64,000 nt of DNA from Entomortierella parvispora E1425 (lineage: Eukaryota; Fungi; Mortierellomycota), in contig BQFW01000008.1 in the NCBI GenBank assembly GCA_020891255.1, forward strand, positions 806,001 through 870,000. Direction: 5' to 3'. Position numbers and translations under genes: made by a program. The notes beneath the pieces were generated by a model. That model was given only the letters and a program-made list of their open reading frames with translations, made no database searches and was not told the origin of the DNA. Of this stretch, positions 1-13,500 are shown piece after piece. Every line of letters starts with the position of its first letter. Position 1 is the first letter of the stretch.

Positions 1-14
1 AGAAAACACCTTAC

Positions 15-176
15 CATGTCAGTGAAGAGAGCCATGGCCACAACGCATGCCACTGCGACAGGGGATCGTCTGGCTCTGTAGAGGGGAGACTTGTTCTTGT
101 CACTTGACTGAGAAGAGGAGTTGAGCAAGGGCCTCCGCTCCTCGGACGAACCCTGGTTGGGGACCGGGGCAATCAT
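15..176 (-). CDS. First coding exon of an MFS transporter (SLC18B1/vesicular amine transporter-like); the gene continues off the window
   Basis: ATG at 176 gives MIAPVPNQGSSEERRPLLNSSSQSSDKNKSPLYRARRSPVAVACVVAMALFTDM, followed by a GTAAG donor (cttac at 10-14). The 54 codons end in an 'ALFTDM' TM1 motif typical of this MFS group. Absent from the ORF track. Confidence 0.6.
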
Positions 177-1230
177 CGAGAGCAGGTTGATGCAAGTGCA
201 AGAAAGGAGTGAGTGCGGGGAGAAGTGAGGAAGGGAATGAAGGAATGACAAGGAATGGAGAGGAATGAAGAAAGAGGAATGAAGGGTTATAAGCACAAGG
301 AGAGAAGAGAAGCAAGAGAGAAAGAGAAGGAGGTAGAGAAGGGTAGAGGAGTAGAAGAGTAGAGAGAAGAAAAGAGAAGTAGAGAAAAGAGGATGAGGAT
401 GAGAGAGAGAGAAGGGAAGCAGTAAAAGAACAAAAAGAACAAGAAGCAGGACCAGAAAAGTCGCTTGTTCTTGAACTTCTTTGAGTTCTTTGTTCTCGTT
501 CTCCGTCTCTGCTGTCCAGTTGGCTGTCTCTGATCGGACACGAGACACGCGGGGACACAGACGCTGCATCCAACAGGGACACGCAGGGCAAGATCCCGGA
601 ATGCAGTTGGCGTGTGTGTGGGTGTGTGTGGGTGTGGGTGTGTATGTATCTGTGGTTGTGTGTTTGCTGCATGGTGTCAACACAGCGACCACAAAGACGA
701 CGACCCGACTGGAGGTCGGCAGTCAAAGGATACAGGTACCGAGAGAAGGCAGGTAATCGGGCTGGTCGATCAGTATGGCATCCTGATCGGCATGATCTTG
801 ACCCTGCATGAAGCCATAGCCACGGTCTTGAACAAAAAGCCAAGCAGCCAAGCACCCAGTCCATTCAATTCAACCCACATCCACATCCACACCCAGCCCA
901 CACACCACACGCGAGCCATCCAACCCCGCCCTGCACATCCTTGCCAGATGGACAGAAGGCATCCAAGGATGGACACGCCCAAAAGAAGGTTGAGGTTTGT
1001 CCTTCCTTTTTAAAATCCTTCTCTCGTTTCGCCATTGCTCTACTCTCTTTGGCCTCTTTTCATCCGTCTCTCCTCTTCTTGCTCTTTCCCCCCTTTTCAC
1101 TGTCTGCTCCATTCCCTTGCCTCATTCCTTCATTCCTTTGGTTCTCTCCCCTGTGGCATCTTTTTTCCCTGTACAACGACCCGCTCCATCTCACCCTGAA
1201 CAAGTCAGCTTGTCAAACCGTGCCATCAAC

Positions 1231-4200
1231 ATGATGTCCACTAATGAACAGCATCTGCCAAAGTTCATCATTGATCCCTCGAGCGAGGACTCTTCACCCA
1301 CAGCCCCAGGAGAAGAGCTCGTCGAAGAAAGCGAAGAGCCGTCCGTCTCCTTCCGCCACCATCACAGCTATCTTCGACCCCAGGAACTCAAGCATGCCAA
1401 CTCGTTTTCGTCCATGTCTTCCTATGCTTCGTCCGAGGACGACGAAGATGACCGGAGTCCTGGAACCACGACCTTTGAACAGGAGCAGGAAAGCCAACAG
1501 ACCGAGACCCAGCTTGGCGTGTCGTCACCGTCGTCGACCAGAAAATCCCTGAGTCGGACTCAGAGTCAACGCCCAGGCGGAGGCACGTCCGTGAGACCCG
1601 CAGGCAAGGCACACGACTGGTACTCTGGCGGACGGATCACGTCCCACGGCCGCTGGTTCAGGGACTCGCAGAACCGGACCCTGCTCCTCCGTGGTGTCAA
1701 CCTGTGTGGCAACTCCAAGCTGCCTACTACCCCCAACGGCAGCTCGCATCTCAGCGAAGGCTTCTTTGACCACCGAAACGTCTGCTTTCTCGGCCGACCC
1801 TTCCCCCTCGATCAGGCACACGAGCACTTTTCTCGCCTGCAGCGATGGGGCCTGACCTTTGTGCGCATGCTCGTCCCATGGGAGGCACTCGAGCACTCTG
1901 GACCGTAAGTTGAAACAAGGTCATGAAGTCATGTCTGTCGTGAAAGAGTCAGCCCTCGGGAGGGTGATCTGCCCGTGTGAAGCCTGTTTGTTCTTTGTTT
2001 TCGTGGATCTAGTATCGCTCTTTATTACCTTGCGATCTGTCTTCCAACCTGGCCAAAGGCTCAGCCATTGTCCCCTTTCCCGGCAATTCATTTCTGCGGA
2101 GAGGAAAACATCCTTCCCTTTGTTGCCACTTTGAAGTGCTCTCTTGGGTTGATTACTATTTTCGATCGTGCAACCATCCTGTGTCCAAGCACATTCCTGA
2201 GAACGGAAACCTTCGTTGTTTTTGTCCACTTCCTCTTTGTTTATGTTGAGCAACCACTAATGCTTTTTTAAAATCGACTTTTTAGTGGCATCTATGACGA
2301 AAAGTTCATTGACTCCTTAATTGAGCTGATCAAGATCATGCCAAAGTACGGGATCAAGTGCTTCATTGATCCTCATCAAGATTGCTGGTCTCGATTCTCA
2401 GGAGGATCGGGCGCTCCAGGATGGACGTTCGAAGTGGCAGGACTGGATCTGACCAAATTCAAGACCACAGGAGCAGCCTACGTTCACAACACAAACCAAT
2501 TCCCGGGCGATTCCCCACCCATGGTCTGGCCCACCAATTACACAAAGCTGGCCGCTAGTACCATGTTTACCCTCTTTTGGGCCGGAGACACATTTGCGCC
2601 CAACAAGATGTACCAGGGCGAGTCGATCCAACAGTTTTTGCAAAACCGATACCTTGAATGCTACCAACACTTGGCCAGGTATAGACACTCTACATTGATC
2701 AGATTCAAGACTGTCATGCCTTCATTGCAGCCTTCTCATATTTTTGTTTTTTATTCAGTCGATTGAGCCATTTAGACTCCGTCATTGGATTTGAGGTCAT
2801 GAATGAGCCACAGTATGTAACTCCTTGGAATGCGGCGCGTTGTTTGGATGCTTCAGTGAAAGACCGACTATTAACCCGTCATGACTATCTCTAGTCCTGG
2901 ATACGTCGGTCTCAAGAATCTCAAGAGATACGACTTTAACTCTAACCTGTTTTTCGGAGACTCGCCGTCTGCCTTGGAGTCGTTTGCTCTCGGAGATGGT
3001 ATGCCCTTGTCTATCGAAGTCTGGGTAAAATCCTGGCCGTTCCCTACAAAAAAGCAAAGGACAAGGATCATCAACTCTCAAAAGGATTCCGCATGGCTCG
3101 ATGGCGAGTGTCTTTGGAAACAACATGGTGTCTGGAGTGTGAATCCCAAGACAGGAGAGCCTCAGCTGGATAGGCCCAACTACTTTACTACAGACCCCAT
3201 TACTGGCGAGAAGGTCGACTTTACGCGTTTCTACCTCGACTTTATGAACAGATACTCGCATGCCATCCAGAGCGTTTTACCTTCGGCTTTTGTCTTTGTG
3301 GGACCTATCCCGAATGAACCTGCACCAGTGTGGGGACCTGGCGATCATGAGGAGAATATTGTCTATGCCCCCCATTGGTACGACTTGCATTCGATTTTCA
3401 ACAAGTCTTTCGATGGACGTATTACTCACGATGTCCAAGGTTTAAGCAAGGTACGACAATGATCTAGTTAGAGCAGGATGACAGTGAACAAGGCCACCTC
3501 CAAGGATTCGACCTCTTAGAGCCACGATCGCTGACCCACTCTTTCTTGTGCGCTTGACGAATTCAGGGGAAAAATGTTATTTCTGCGACCTATTTTGGTA
3601 TCAAAGGCGCGAAAAAGAACTACAGGGGCCAGCTCGCCAACGTTCTCAATTATGGATTACAGAATGTGGGCAACAAACCCTGCCTTATTGGAGAGTGCGG
3701 AATCCCCATGGACATCAATCAGCGGCAGGCATTCTTGAGCGGCGACTATGGATACCACGCCAAATTTTTGGATGCAGTCCTATCAGCCATGGAGTCGAAC
3801 CTCCTCAGTTTCACGTAAGTCTTGGGTTCTGAAGGGAAACTCTGAAGACAAAGGCCGAGAGCTTATTCTTTTTCTTTTTTTTTTTTTTTTTTTGAAAAAA
3901 AAATTGTTAACTAGTCTCTGGAATTACAACACTACCAACGACAATACCCACGGAGACCATTGGAACGGAGAGGACTTTTCCATTTTTTCACTGGATTCTC
4001 CAAAGATGGCTGGCGACTCGCCCGTCGGATCTCTTCGTCAGCAGGCACCCAGTTTTGCCAAGGAGGTTATGAAGAGGGCAGCCTTGGAAAGCGCGGCTCC
4101 TCTGGATGACGATACTGATGTTAGCTATAAGGATAGCGACAACGAGATTGAGACCTTGGGCATCGAGGACGACTCACCTTTTGATCGGGCTTACTTCAGT

Positions 4201-5007
4201 TTTGATCATGAAGAATCGGATGACGGGCGGGACCATGTGCATCACATCGGAGGGCGTGCATTGGATGCTGTTGTGGTAACTTGACTTGGAAGGATTGGAC
4301 ACTTTCTCTTTTGGATTCGTTCCCTTTTATATGTACATCCTCTGAGTGAAAGACTAACAGACAGTGGCATTATCAAATAGCGACCTTACGCGGCCAAGGT
4401 AGCAGGAGAACCATTGTCGAGCGAGTTTGATTTTGTTACACTCCAGTACACTTTCCGATTCAGTAACTATCTCCAGGCGCCAGTACCCACTGTTCGCGTT
4501 TCGACACCTGAACAGTCCTTGACGTCGTCCAAGTCTGCAGACTCGAGTGACTCCACATTGACGAGCGGTCAGGAGGGCACGGCTGGAGGTTTGGAGAAAG
4601 AGCTTCAGGACAAGAGCTCGCTCTGGGTTGGACATCCTCCCGAGGGCACACAACTGGCCTTTGAGACGGAAATCTTTATTCCCTCGTACCATTATGATGA
4701 TGCAGCATTGGAGATCTTGGTCAGTGATGGAGATTGGCGATATGTGAAGGAACGCCAGACGTTGTATTATAGACACAAGGACATGGAGCCTGGCGCGGTG
4801 CATTCTGTCAGGATCAAGGCGATCAGTGGTCCTACCACGGCTGTGATGAGGAAGCAATCAAAGCACTCTCTAAAGACCATAGAGACACAGTCGGATATGG
4901 AGTCTGGTGTGCTTCGCAGGAGAGGATCGAGTCCGACCATGAAGATCTCGGGATCTGCAGACAACAAGGCTGAGGGTCCCTCTGGCTGTATCTGCGGGAT
5001 CATGTAA
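1231..5007 (+). CDS. Glycoside hydrolase family 5 enzyme (EGCrP/EGH1-like glucosylceramidase or steryl-beta-glucosidase), ~970 aa, 7 exons
   Basis: Exons 1231-1904, 2286-2678, 2759-2812, 2895-3450, 3567-3814, 3915-4275, 4381-5007, all GT-AG and phase-consistent. Motifs: LLRGVNL, WEALEHSGPGIYD, DPHQDCWSRFSGGSGAP, acid/base FEVMNEPHPG, YAPHWYD, nucleophile IGECGIPMD, HWNGEDFS, RPYAAKVAG. Confidence 0.9.
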
Positions 5008-6802
5008 AAGTGCTAAAGATAGTCTTTCAGTCAAACAAAAAGGCCGTTACACAGCCAATCTTTCAAGGAGCAAATTTAGCTACGGGTACTGATACTGAGT
5101 TGTGGGCCTAGTCCTGACTAAGACATACCATCCTAGAAACCACGAAATCGATTGGATGATAAAAGATCGACCCGTAGTTGCATTACAGGACAAGGTGACT
5201 ATCCTGCAGGGGATCTGGGTGAAGGCCACAAAAAAAAAAAGAAAAAAGGAAAGGACCCTTCAGGGCAGATGCTACCACAGTCCATCGCGTCCCTTGGGTG
5301 CCTCAGGTCTGAAAAAAGGAATATCTTGTCAAAGCGTGCGGGCGGGACACAAGTTTGCCAAGTGCTGGTCTTTAACATTGAACCTTCCACGACTTCTTTG
5401 CCTTTCTCTTCCCCCCCACCTTACCCCCAAAAAAAACCCCTCGACATGCCTTTCATGCCATTTTGCATGTGCCCAATATATCCTGGCCATTGGTGCATGT
5501 AAATGTGCAAAAAAACAAAGGCTCTTTGACACCCTAGACTACGCTGGATTGCATGTTTCTTTGGAAGGATGAGAAGACACAGGGCGAGATAGAGAAAAAA
5601 GTGCTTGTTCTTCGGGCTGCACTGGATTTGGCGTACATGGTCAACAAGGGACGCGGAGTTTTGCTCTTTATGAGCAAATCGTCCGGCCCGAATGCCTCAT
5701 GCGGATGCAGTATAGGGGGGGCTTGTTTCGCGATAGGATCATGTCTTTGATTTCGGACTTTTGGGGCTTTTTTGGGCCAGGTCCGCCTGCATGACGAACG
5801 GATGCGGCAATGCGTGGTTCAGTTTATTGAAATGCTATCATGGCCGAGCGGTCTCTACGTTTCTATCATCAGTGACCTATCGATCGATCATAATCGCTAT
5901 TGGTATCTTCATTCGAAGCAGGTAAAAGGGACCGTGGTCCATGCATCGCTTCTCGTTGTTTGGTCACCGAAACCAAGCGAATCCCCGGTATTGGCGCGAA
6001 ACGGGGCAACAAGACCCCCCTCGTGTGGTCTCTCCCGATGGAGAGGCGAAAACCGCGCAAGAAAAAAAACGAATAAAAAATCGCGTCTGCCCATCCTCTT
6101 CCCTTGCCAAACCCCTTTGTCCTTTATTTTTTGCCTACAGACTATTTGCCTACACTTGTCCCTCCAACCGGTCCTCTGGTCGTTCATTCCCAATCGAACC
6201 TGCGTTCCATTCTCTCTCTCTCTCTTTCTTTCTTTCACTCTTTGTTTCGTTCCTTGACCTCTTTTATCTCTCTCTCTCTCCCTCTCTCTCCCTCTCTTTT
6301 CCTATTCATCCGTTCTGGCGTGGGTCCACACCCTTTGTCCGCGGCCTACCATCCCGTCTCTTTTTTTTCTTTTTTTTTCTTTTCCTATCGCCACTCTTTC
6401 AGACTCTTACTACTGCCCCGCCTTGTGCCTCACAATCCGCCCGTTTTTCTTCCTTCTGGGATATTACTATCTTTCTCTTTGATCTCCAATTATCAAACAT
6501 CCCTTCTCTCTTTCTCTTTCTCTCTTGGTACAATAGCTGCCAAGAGGAATCGCCCTATCGTCAAAAAGAAGGTACAGATCTCTAAAGTCTGCAGCCCTTG
6601 GACGAAATCGCAGTGTTGTTTCGTTAATGATCCACTGTCCCCTCCATCCTCCATCCTCCCTCCCATCCCTGGTCGCCACTTCCCCTCCCCCTCTCCGTCC
6701 TCCTTGGTCTCCTTCTCTCGGCCTCCTGCACCACCTTTTTACTTCGCCACACTCTCTTGAAAATCCACACATTTCCTTTAAAACAAATACCTGCAGCAAA
6801 GA

Positions 6803-9800
6803 ATGAGCAACGTACCTGGTGAGGGTGTCCCTGCCCAAGAACCACCACCACCACAGGAACAGTTGGAACAGCAACAGCTGCTGCAACAGCAACAATTACA
6901 GCAACAACAGGAACAACAACAACAACTGCTACAACAACAACAGCAGTACCAACAAGACTTGCAACAGCAACAACAGCAGCAATATCAACAAGACTTGCAA
7001 GCACAGCAATCACTACAGCCACAAGGCCAAGAAGCTGCTGTCGACCCAAACTATGGACACAACTTGAATATCTCTTCCACTGCTACCAACTACTCGTCTT
7101 CCTCTTCTTCACAGCCCATCACAGTTGCAACTTCAACGAGTCCTCCTCCACAATGGAATGGCGACGGTGTGGGCGATAGTCAAGGTGGTTTGAACCCCAA
7201 CCAGGTCCAGTACCCACAACCACAGGCTCTCCAACAACAACCGCAACACCAACAACAGCCGGCTTCTCCCCAAAAACAGGAGGCGCACGGGCAGGCACTA
7301 ACAGCCTTGCAAGGGAGGCCAATGGTGGACCCACTACCTGCCGTCCATGGACCATTCTCATTCACCCCCGAGGATCTCATGGACCTCATTGACCCCAAGT
7401 CTCCAGAGAAACTGGAAACCTGTGGAGGCGTCGAAGGCATCCTGGCTGGTCTGCATTCAGACCCTGTTCGGGGACTGACTACACCCGGCAACACTCATTT
7501 GGACCGTGTTGTTGCGGATGCAACTGAAAAGGTCGATGCTCTAATGTACAAAGGTCCAGGCGATGCATCAACGGTTTCGTTCCATGATCGAGAGCAATAC
7601 TTTGGCCGGAATGTGTTGCCAAAGCGAAAGCCAAAGTCCATCTTTCAGCTAATGTGGATTGCCCTGCAGGAAAAGATCTTGGTGAGGACATTATGACCGA
7701 ATGACGACGTCGTTATTTGAGAAAGAAGAGTGGTGGTGGTTGGTTGCAATGCATTGGGCCATCCGCATCCCTCTTTCAACTTGTCCGTGCACCGTCGCCT
7801 TGGCAAAGACGGAGTCAACTGCAACGCGGTCCCGACGCGTTTTGGTGGAACCAAGCCCTTGTTCTATTTCTAACAAGTCTTTTTTGTTCTCTTTTCCCGT
7901 TGCTTCGCCTTTCCCTTTTTGTTTCTTGTGTGTCCTTCTTTAGATCCTGTTGTTGATCGCCGCCATCATCTCGATTGCCTTGGGTATCTATGAGGATTAC
8001 GGCATGAAGCATGAGCCCACGGAGCGCTTCAACCGTGACTTCACGTCTTATTATGCGACCGACCCAAAGATCTCTTGGGTCGAGGGTGTGGCCATCTTGG
8101 TCGCCGTCATCATTGTTGTCATGGTCGGGTCCATCAACGATTATCAAAAGGAAGCTCAGTTCCGAAAGTTGAACGCAAAGAAAGAAGATCGAGAAGTCAA
8201 GGTATACACCTCAAAATTGAATGAAAAAGAAAAAAATGGACTAAGGGATGGAATGTGGAATGAAGATCGATCTTTGTCATGTACGGCTGTTGACCCTTGA
8301 CTTTCTCGAACCCCTCAACCCCCCGTTCACTCCCCTAAAAAACAACAACAACACGTAGGTCCTGAGAAATGGAGAGACAGTCCTTCTTTCAGTCTATGAT
8401 GTTCTCGTAGGCGATATCCTGCATCTTGAGCCCGGTGATGTGATCTCTGCCGATGGTCTCTACCTTGGAGGACATAACTTGAAATGCGACGAGTCAGCCA
8501 TGACAGGAGAATCGGATGCGGTCAAAAAGGTTACCTTTGAGGAACTCAAGAAGCTTGAAGAGGCAGAGGCAGCAACACATATGGGCGAGAGCAAGATTCA
8601 GACCAACCACGAGGGCATCGAAGTCATTGCAGAACCTCAGCATGGAATTCATGGAATCGACCCATTCATCATCTCTGGATCCAAAGTTCTGGAAGGCGTG
8701 GGTCTCTATGTGGTCACAGGCGTGGGTCAAAACAGTTTCCATGGAAAGACTATGATGTCTCTTCGTACGGAGGCTGAAGACACGCCTTTGCAGGTCAAGC
8801 TGAACCATTTGGCAGAACGTATTGCCAAGTTGGGTAGTTTGGCAGCTTTGCTCATGTTGATTGTGCTCGTCATCCGATACTTTGTCAACTTCAAATCCAA
8901 GGGTACTCCAGCCTCGGCCGAGATTGTAAAGAGTTTGGTCGATATTGTGATTGCTGCTGTGACCGTGGTCGTGGTGGCCGTGCCCGAGGGTCTGCCCTTG
9001 GCTGTGACGTTGGCTCTGGCGTTTGCAACCACTCGGATGCTCAAGGATAACAATTTGGTCCGCGTGCTGGCTGCTTGTGAGACTATGGGAAATGCAACAA
9101 CGGTCTGCTCAGACAAAACTGGAACTCTGACTCAGAATCGGTAAGATATCTTGCTCCAGCCGATGATATATAGCACTGTGAAGGCCCTTTTCTAATATTT
9201 TCATTTTCTCGATAGCATGACTATTGTGGCTGGAACACTTGGACTCAACACGCGTTTTATTGCAGATGTACCTGAAGGCGACAACAACCCTCGAGCAGCC
9301 ATCCCAATTAATAAGCACGCTTTCCCCATGAGCCAACTTGTCAACAACCTGCCCAACGCTGTAACTCAATTGATGCATGAAGCGATTGCGATCAATTCTT
9401 CGGCCTTTGAGAGCGAGGACGACAAGGGTAATCTCGCCTTTATTGGATCCAAGACAGAGGTGGCGCTACTGGACTTTTCGAAAAAAATTGGTGGCGCTGA
9501 TTACAGACAACTTCGAGAGGCGACCCCCATTGTCCACCTGTACCCATTCTCATCGGAGCGGAAATCCATGGCGACAATTGTTCAGATGGGACCCAACAAG
9601 TACCGATTGCATGCCAAGGGTGCTTCCGAAATCATAATGAAGCGTTGTGACAAGGTCCTGCAGATTGCTAGCACGGGCGATCAGCCGCTCTCAGAGAAGG
9701 ACCGCATGGCGGAAGTGACTGAAGTGGACCTGGTCGGTGATTTGCAGACGCAAGTACACAAGACCATTATCTCGTACGCGACCCAGTCTCTTCGAACCAT

Positions 9801-11544
9801 CGGTATTGGCTACCGCGACTTTGAGTCTTGGCCTCCAGCCGGTGTCGAGCTAAATGAGGATGGCGAGGTTCCTTTTGCAGCTGTGGCAGAGAGCAACCTG
9901 ACACTCATCGGTGTCGTCGGTATCGAGGATCCTCTGCGCGATGGTGTCCCAGAGGCCGTGTTGGCCTGCCAGAGAGCCGGTGTCTTTGTCCGTATGGTCA
10001 CTGGAGACAACATCTTGACTGCAAAGTCGATTGCGACTCAATGCGGTATCTACACTCAGGGTGGTATTATCATGGAAGGACCCAAGTTCAGAGCACTCAG
10101 TGGCGAGGAAATGGATGTTGTCATTCCTCGTCTCCAGGTCTTGGCCCGTTCCAGTCCCGAGGACAAAAAGATTCTTGTTGGACGACTCAAGGCTATGGGC
10201 GAGATTGTGGCCGTCACAGGTGACGGAACGAACGATGGTCCTGCGCTCAAGATGTCTGATGTCGGTTTCTCGATGGGTATTGCTGGTACTGAAGTCGCCA
10301 AGGAGGCTTCGTCCATTATCTTGATGGACGACAACTTTTCCAGTATTGTCAAAGCCATTCTTTGGGGTCGTGCTGTCAACGATGCGGTCAAGAAGTTCCT
10401 GCAATTCCAACTTACGGTCAACGTGACAGCTGTCATCCTTACCTTTGTTACTGCTGTCGTCTCTGATAAGCAAAAGCCCGTCATGTCTGCGGTTCAGCTG
10501 CTTTGGGTCAACTTGATCATGGATACTTTGGCTGCCTTGGCCCTTGCAACCGACCCCCCAACCCCGGATTTGCTTGACCGTCAACCAGAACCTAGAACGG
10601 CTCCCTTGATTTCTTTCACTATGTGGAAGATGATTCTTGGCGAAGCCATCTTGCAGCTAACGATTACATTCGTACTCGAGTATGCAGGCATGGATATTCT
10701 AAACTATGATGAGGTGCCCGATTACCTTGCGGACCGTGTGAGACAAAACCCCAAGATCGCGGATGCTTACACAGGATTCAAGCGGCAAGAACTGGATACG
10801 ATGGTCTTTAACACGTTTGTGTTCCTCCAGATCTTTAACGAAGTCAACTGTCGACGACTGGATAACCACCTCAACATCTTTTCGGGTATTCAACGGAACC
10901 GATACTTCTTGGTGATCTTTGTGATCATGGTCGTGTTTCAGGCAATCATTGTCCAGTTTGGAGGTGCAGCTTTTGAGACGGAAAAGTTGAATGGCATCCA
11001 ATGGTTGATCTGTATCCTTTTGGGACTCTTGTCGATTCCCGTGGGCGTGATTATTCGTTTGTTGCCGGATGAGCTCTTCTGTGGCCTCAAGAACAGGATT
11101 GATCGTCCCACGGCCCCCACAGGAGGTATTCCCAACTTTGAACACTATGCCGGTGGTGCGGTTGGCGTTGGAGGCGGCCTTAGTGGAGGCAACGTGAACG
11201 AAGTTGGTCGTGTAAACTCGATGCCAGGATCGATCACATCCGCAGGCATGGGCATCAATGGAAACCGCGATGGCCTCGTGTGGAACTCGGCCATTACCAA
11301 AGTACGATCAGAACTCTCTGTCTTCAAGGCCCTCCGAGGCGGTCGCTTGAGTGGAGATCCAAAACTGGGTGGAAGCCATGTGCTGCATGCAGGAGCTATG
11401 GTCCCGTCTTTGGTCGCGACGTCCGTAGGCGCGGGATGGGCCCCGAGGATGTCGGGTAGTGGCGCTGGAGAATATGGCAGTGCCAGTCCACGTTCAAGTA
11501 TGATGGGTTCGCGTCAAGGCACGCCTCAAATTGGAAGATCTTGA
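6803..11544 (+). CDS. PMC1: P2B-type (PMCA-like) calcium-transporting P-type ATPase, ~1415 aa, 4 exons
   Basis: Exons 6803-7681, 7944-8201, 8359-9140, 9216-11544. Motifs: TGES (A domain), VPEGLPLAVTL, CSDKTGTLT (phosphorylated Asp), KGASE, MVTGDN, TGDGTNDGPAL, QLLWVNLIMDT. Q-rich N-terminus. Confidence 0.96.
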
Positions 11545-13500
11545 AAAAAAAAGGGAAACTGGAGTTTTCTTTCCCTACTAATGATTGCATTCATGAACGA
11601 GAAATACCCCATATGTTGTCAATAAAAATTCGACCAACCATTACGAACAAGAAGAGAGTCGCAGGAACGCGCGAAGAAGACGTCGGTGCTCAGTCTTGGT
11701 CTCTTTTCTGCCTCGACGGAATGACCCTTTCCCCTGTCCTGCTCCGTATTTCCGTTCTAGCCACAGCGTTGCTTGGTCCCTTGCCCCTTCCCCCTGGAGG
11801 TAACAAAAAAAGAAGTTGGATCGTCCGAATGATCTGCGAATTTTGTTGACTGAGGGACCCGCGTTTTACTTCTTTTTTTTTTGCTCTCACATATCCTCGA
11901 TCTCTCAAAGACATAACACAAAAAGAGATTGGTAGCCAAGAAACTAAGCGTCCCCTTGATTCAGGGGGGGGGGGGTGATGAACAAGAAAAAGACGCGCGC
12001 GTGCACCGCCGCCGTGCCAGAACGGAGGACTCGAAAGAGCTCGTTTTACCAGGTGGACCCAGACCAACGGCTTGTAGCGTAGCATGGTCTACGCCAGTTT
12101 TGGATTATGAAAAAGGGTGGACCATGGGTCACTGACAGCCAATCATTGTTGCCACGCGCTGCGGGTTTTGGGTTGCTTGCGAGGAGTTGAGGGCAACTAT
12201 TTTTTTTTTTTTTTTTTTTTTTGTAGCCAGGATTCTCCCTCTCCCTTTTCGTTCCCTCCTTCCTTTCCCCGGTTCCCCCGTTTCGTGTTTGGATGAACAC
12301 GGTAGGTGGTGTTTGGCCCTGGTAAAAAAAAAAGAAGGCAGGGTGGACAGCACCCACAGGCAGTAAGGCGAATGTGGGGAGGACAGCTAGATTGGCCATA
12401 AAGAGAAAAGAGATCGAGGGTGTGGTTGCAGACCGAAAGAAGAAAGAAAAGAAAAAGAAGGAAGGAAGGGAAGAAAAGGGTCAAAAAAGGGGACCGCACC
12501 AGACGACCAAGTTGGAAAAAAACAATAAAAAAAAAAGGGACACTCAAACGACAAAAACAGAAAAAAAAACACACGCGCCTGTCTATTTTGCACACGCGAG
12601 TCGAGAGGATGGGCAGGATGGATAGATGGATAGCGAAGAAGGGAGGCAGCCTTGAGAGCCAGTGTCTGTCAAGGTGATGATAGAGTGGCGCTGACAGTCG
12701 AGCCAGAAAGGAAAGAAGAGTCCAGTCAGAGTCCACCATGACGAAACAAACATGCCCATGAGCCACAGAGAGAAGAGAAGAGCGCCCAAGAGACAGAGAG
12801 CCGACGACAACCAACGCAAAGGTAGAGTTCAACCATCCGTCCCTGCCTTCCGTTGTATGAATCGCGATTTGATCCCTATCTGCTTTGCTTGGTGGCCCAC
12901 CAACCATGCTGATGATTGTCCAACTTGCGCACGGAACAAAGTCGTGCCACGACCCAAGGAAAGAAGGAAGGATGGAAGGAAGGAGGCAAGGAAGCAAGGA
13001 AGGATGTGGACATGGCATGGTATGCAAAAGGAGAGAACAAACGAAGCGATCCTCTGATGGTGTGAAGATGAAGATGATTGCTCTCTTCACTCTGCTCTCT
13101 TCTTGACTCTCTCCTTTACTTCCTTTGCTTCCTTTGCTTCCTTTGTTTCCTTGCTGTCTTCTCTTACTTTTTTTCTCTTTCTCTTTCTCTTTCTTTGTCT
13201 CTCTCCCTTTACGCCATCTGGACATCACCATCCTTGGCTCTCTTGTTCTCAGTCTCTCATTCTCTATCCACTTGACCCATTCACTTTCCATTCACATTCA
13301 TCGTCCGCCCATTCGCTCTCATTCTCATTTCACTCTCTTCGATTGACAGACACAGCCCTCTTCCTTGTTCTCTTTCCTTTCTACATTGTCCGAAACACAA
13401 CCCACACGACAGGCATATATAGCCGCCTTGTAACCACGACACCCCACCCACCCCAACGGCACCCTCCGCGTGCCTGGATACGAGACCCGAAGACTCGACC

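Noticed and set aside
100-864. 254-aa minus-strand ORF and overlapping ORFs in the MFS/GH5 divergent region
   Set aside because: They are translations of GA-rich and (GT)n low-complexity promoter/UTR sequence, with no domain or coherent splice structure.
997-1230. N-terminal 78 codons of the 303-aa ORF
   Set aside because: They are a CT-rich UTR-like stretch starting at a non-ATG codon. The ATGATG at 1231 is the plausible start.
11964-11975. G12 run (and C14 at 19246-19259) as G-quadruplex or telomeric signals
   Set aside because: They are isolated homopolymers in a genome full of such runs, with no telomeric repeat units.
12197-13291. 364-aa minus-strand ORF
   Set aside because: K/E- and F/L-rich runs derived from homopolymer and purine tracts between PMC1 and the attractin-like gene. 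No recognisable fold.
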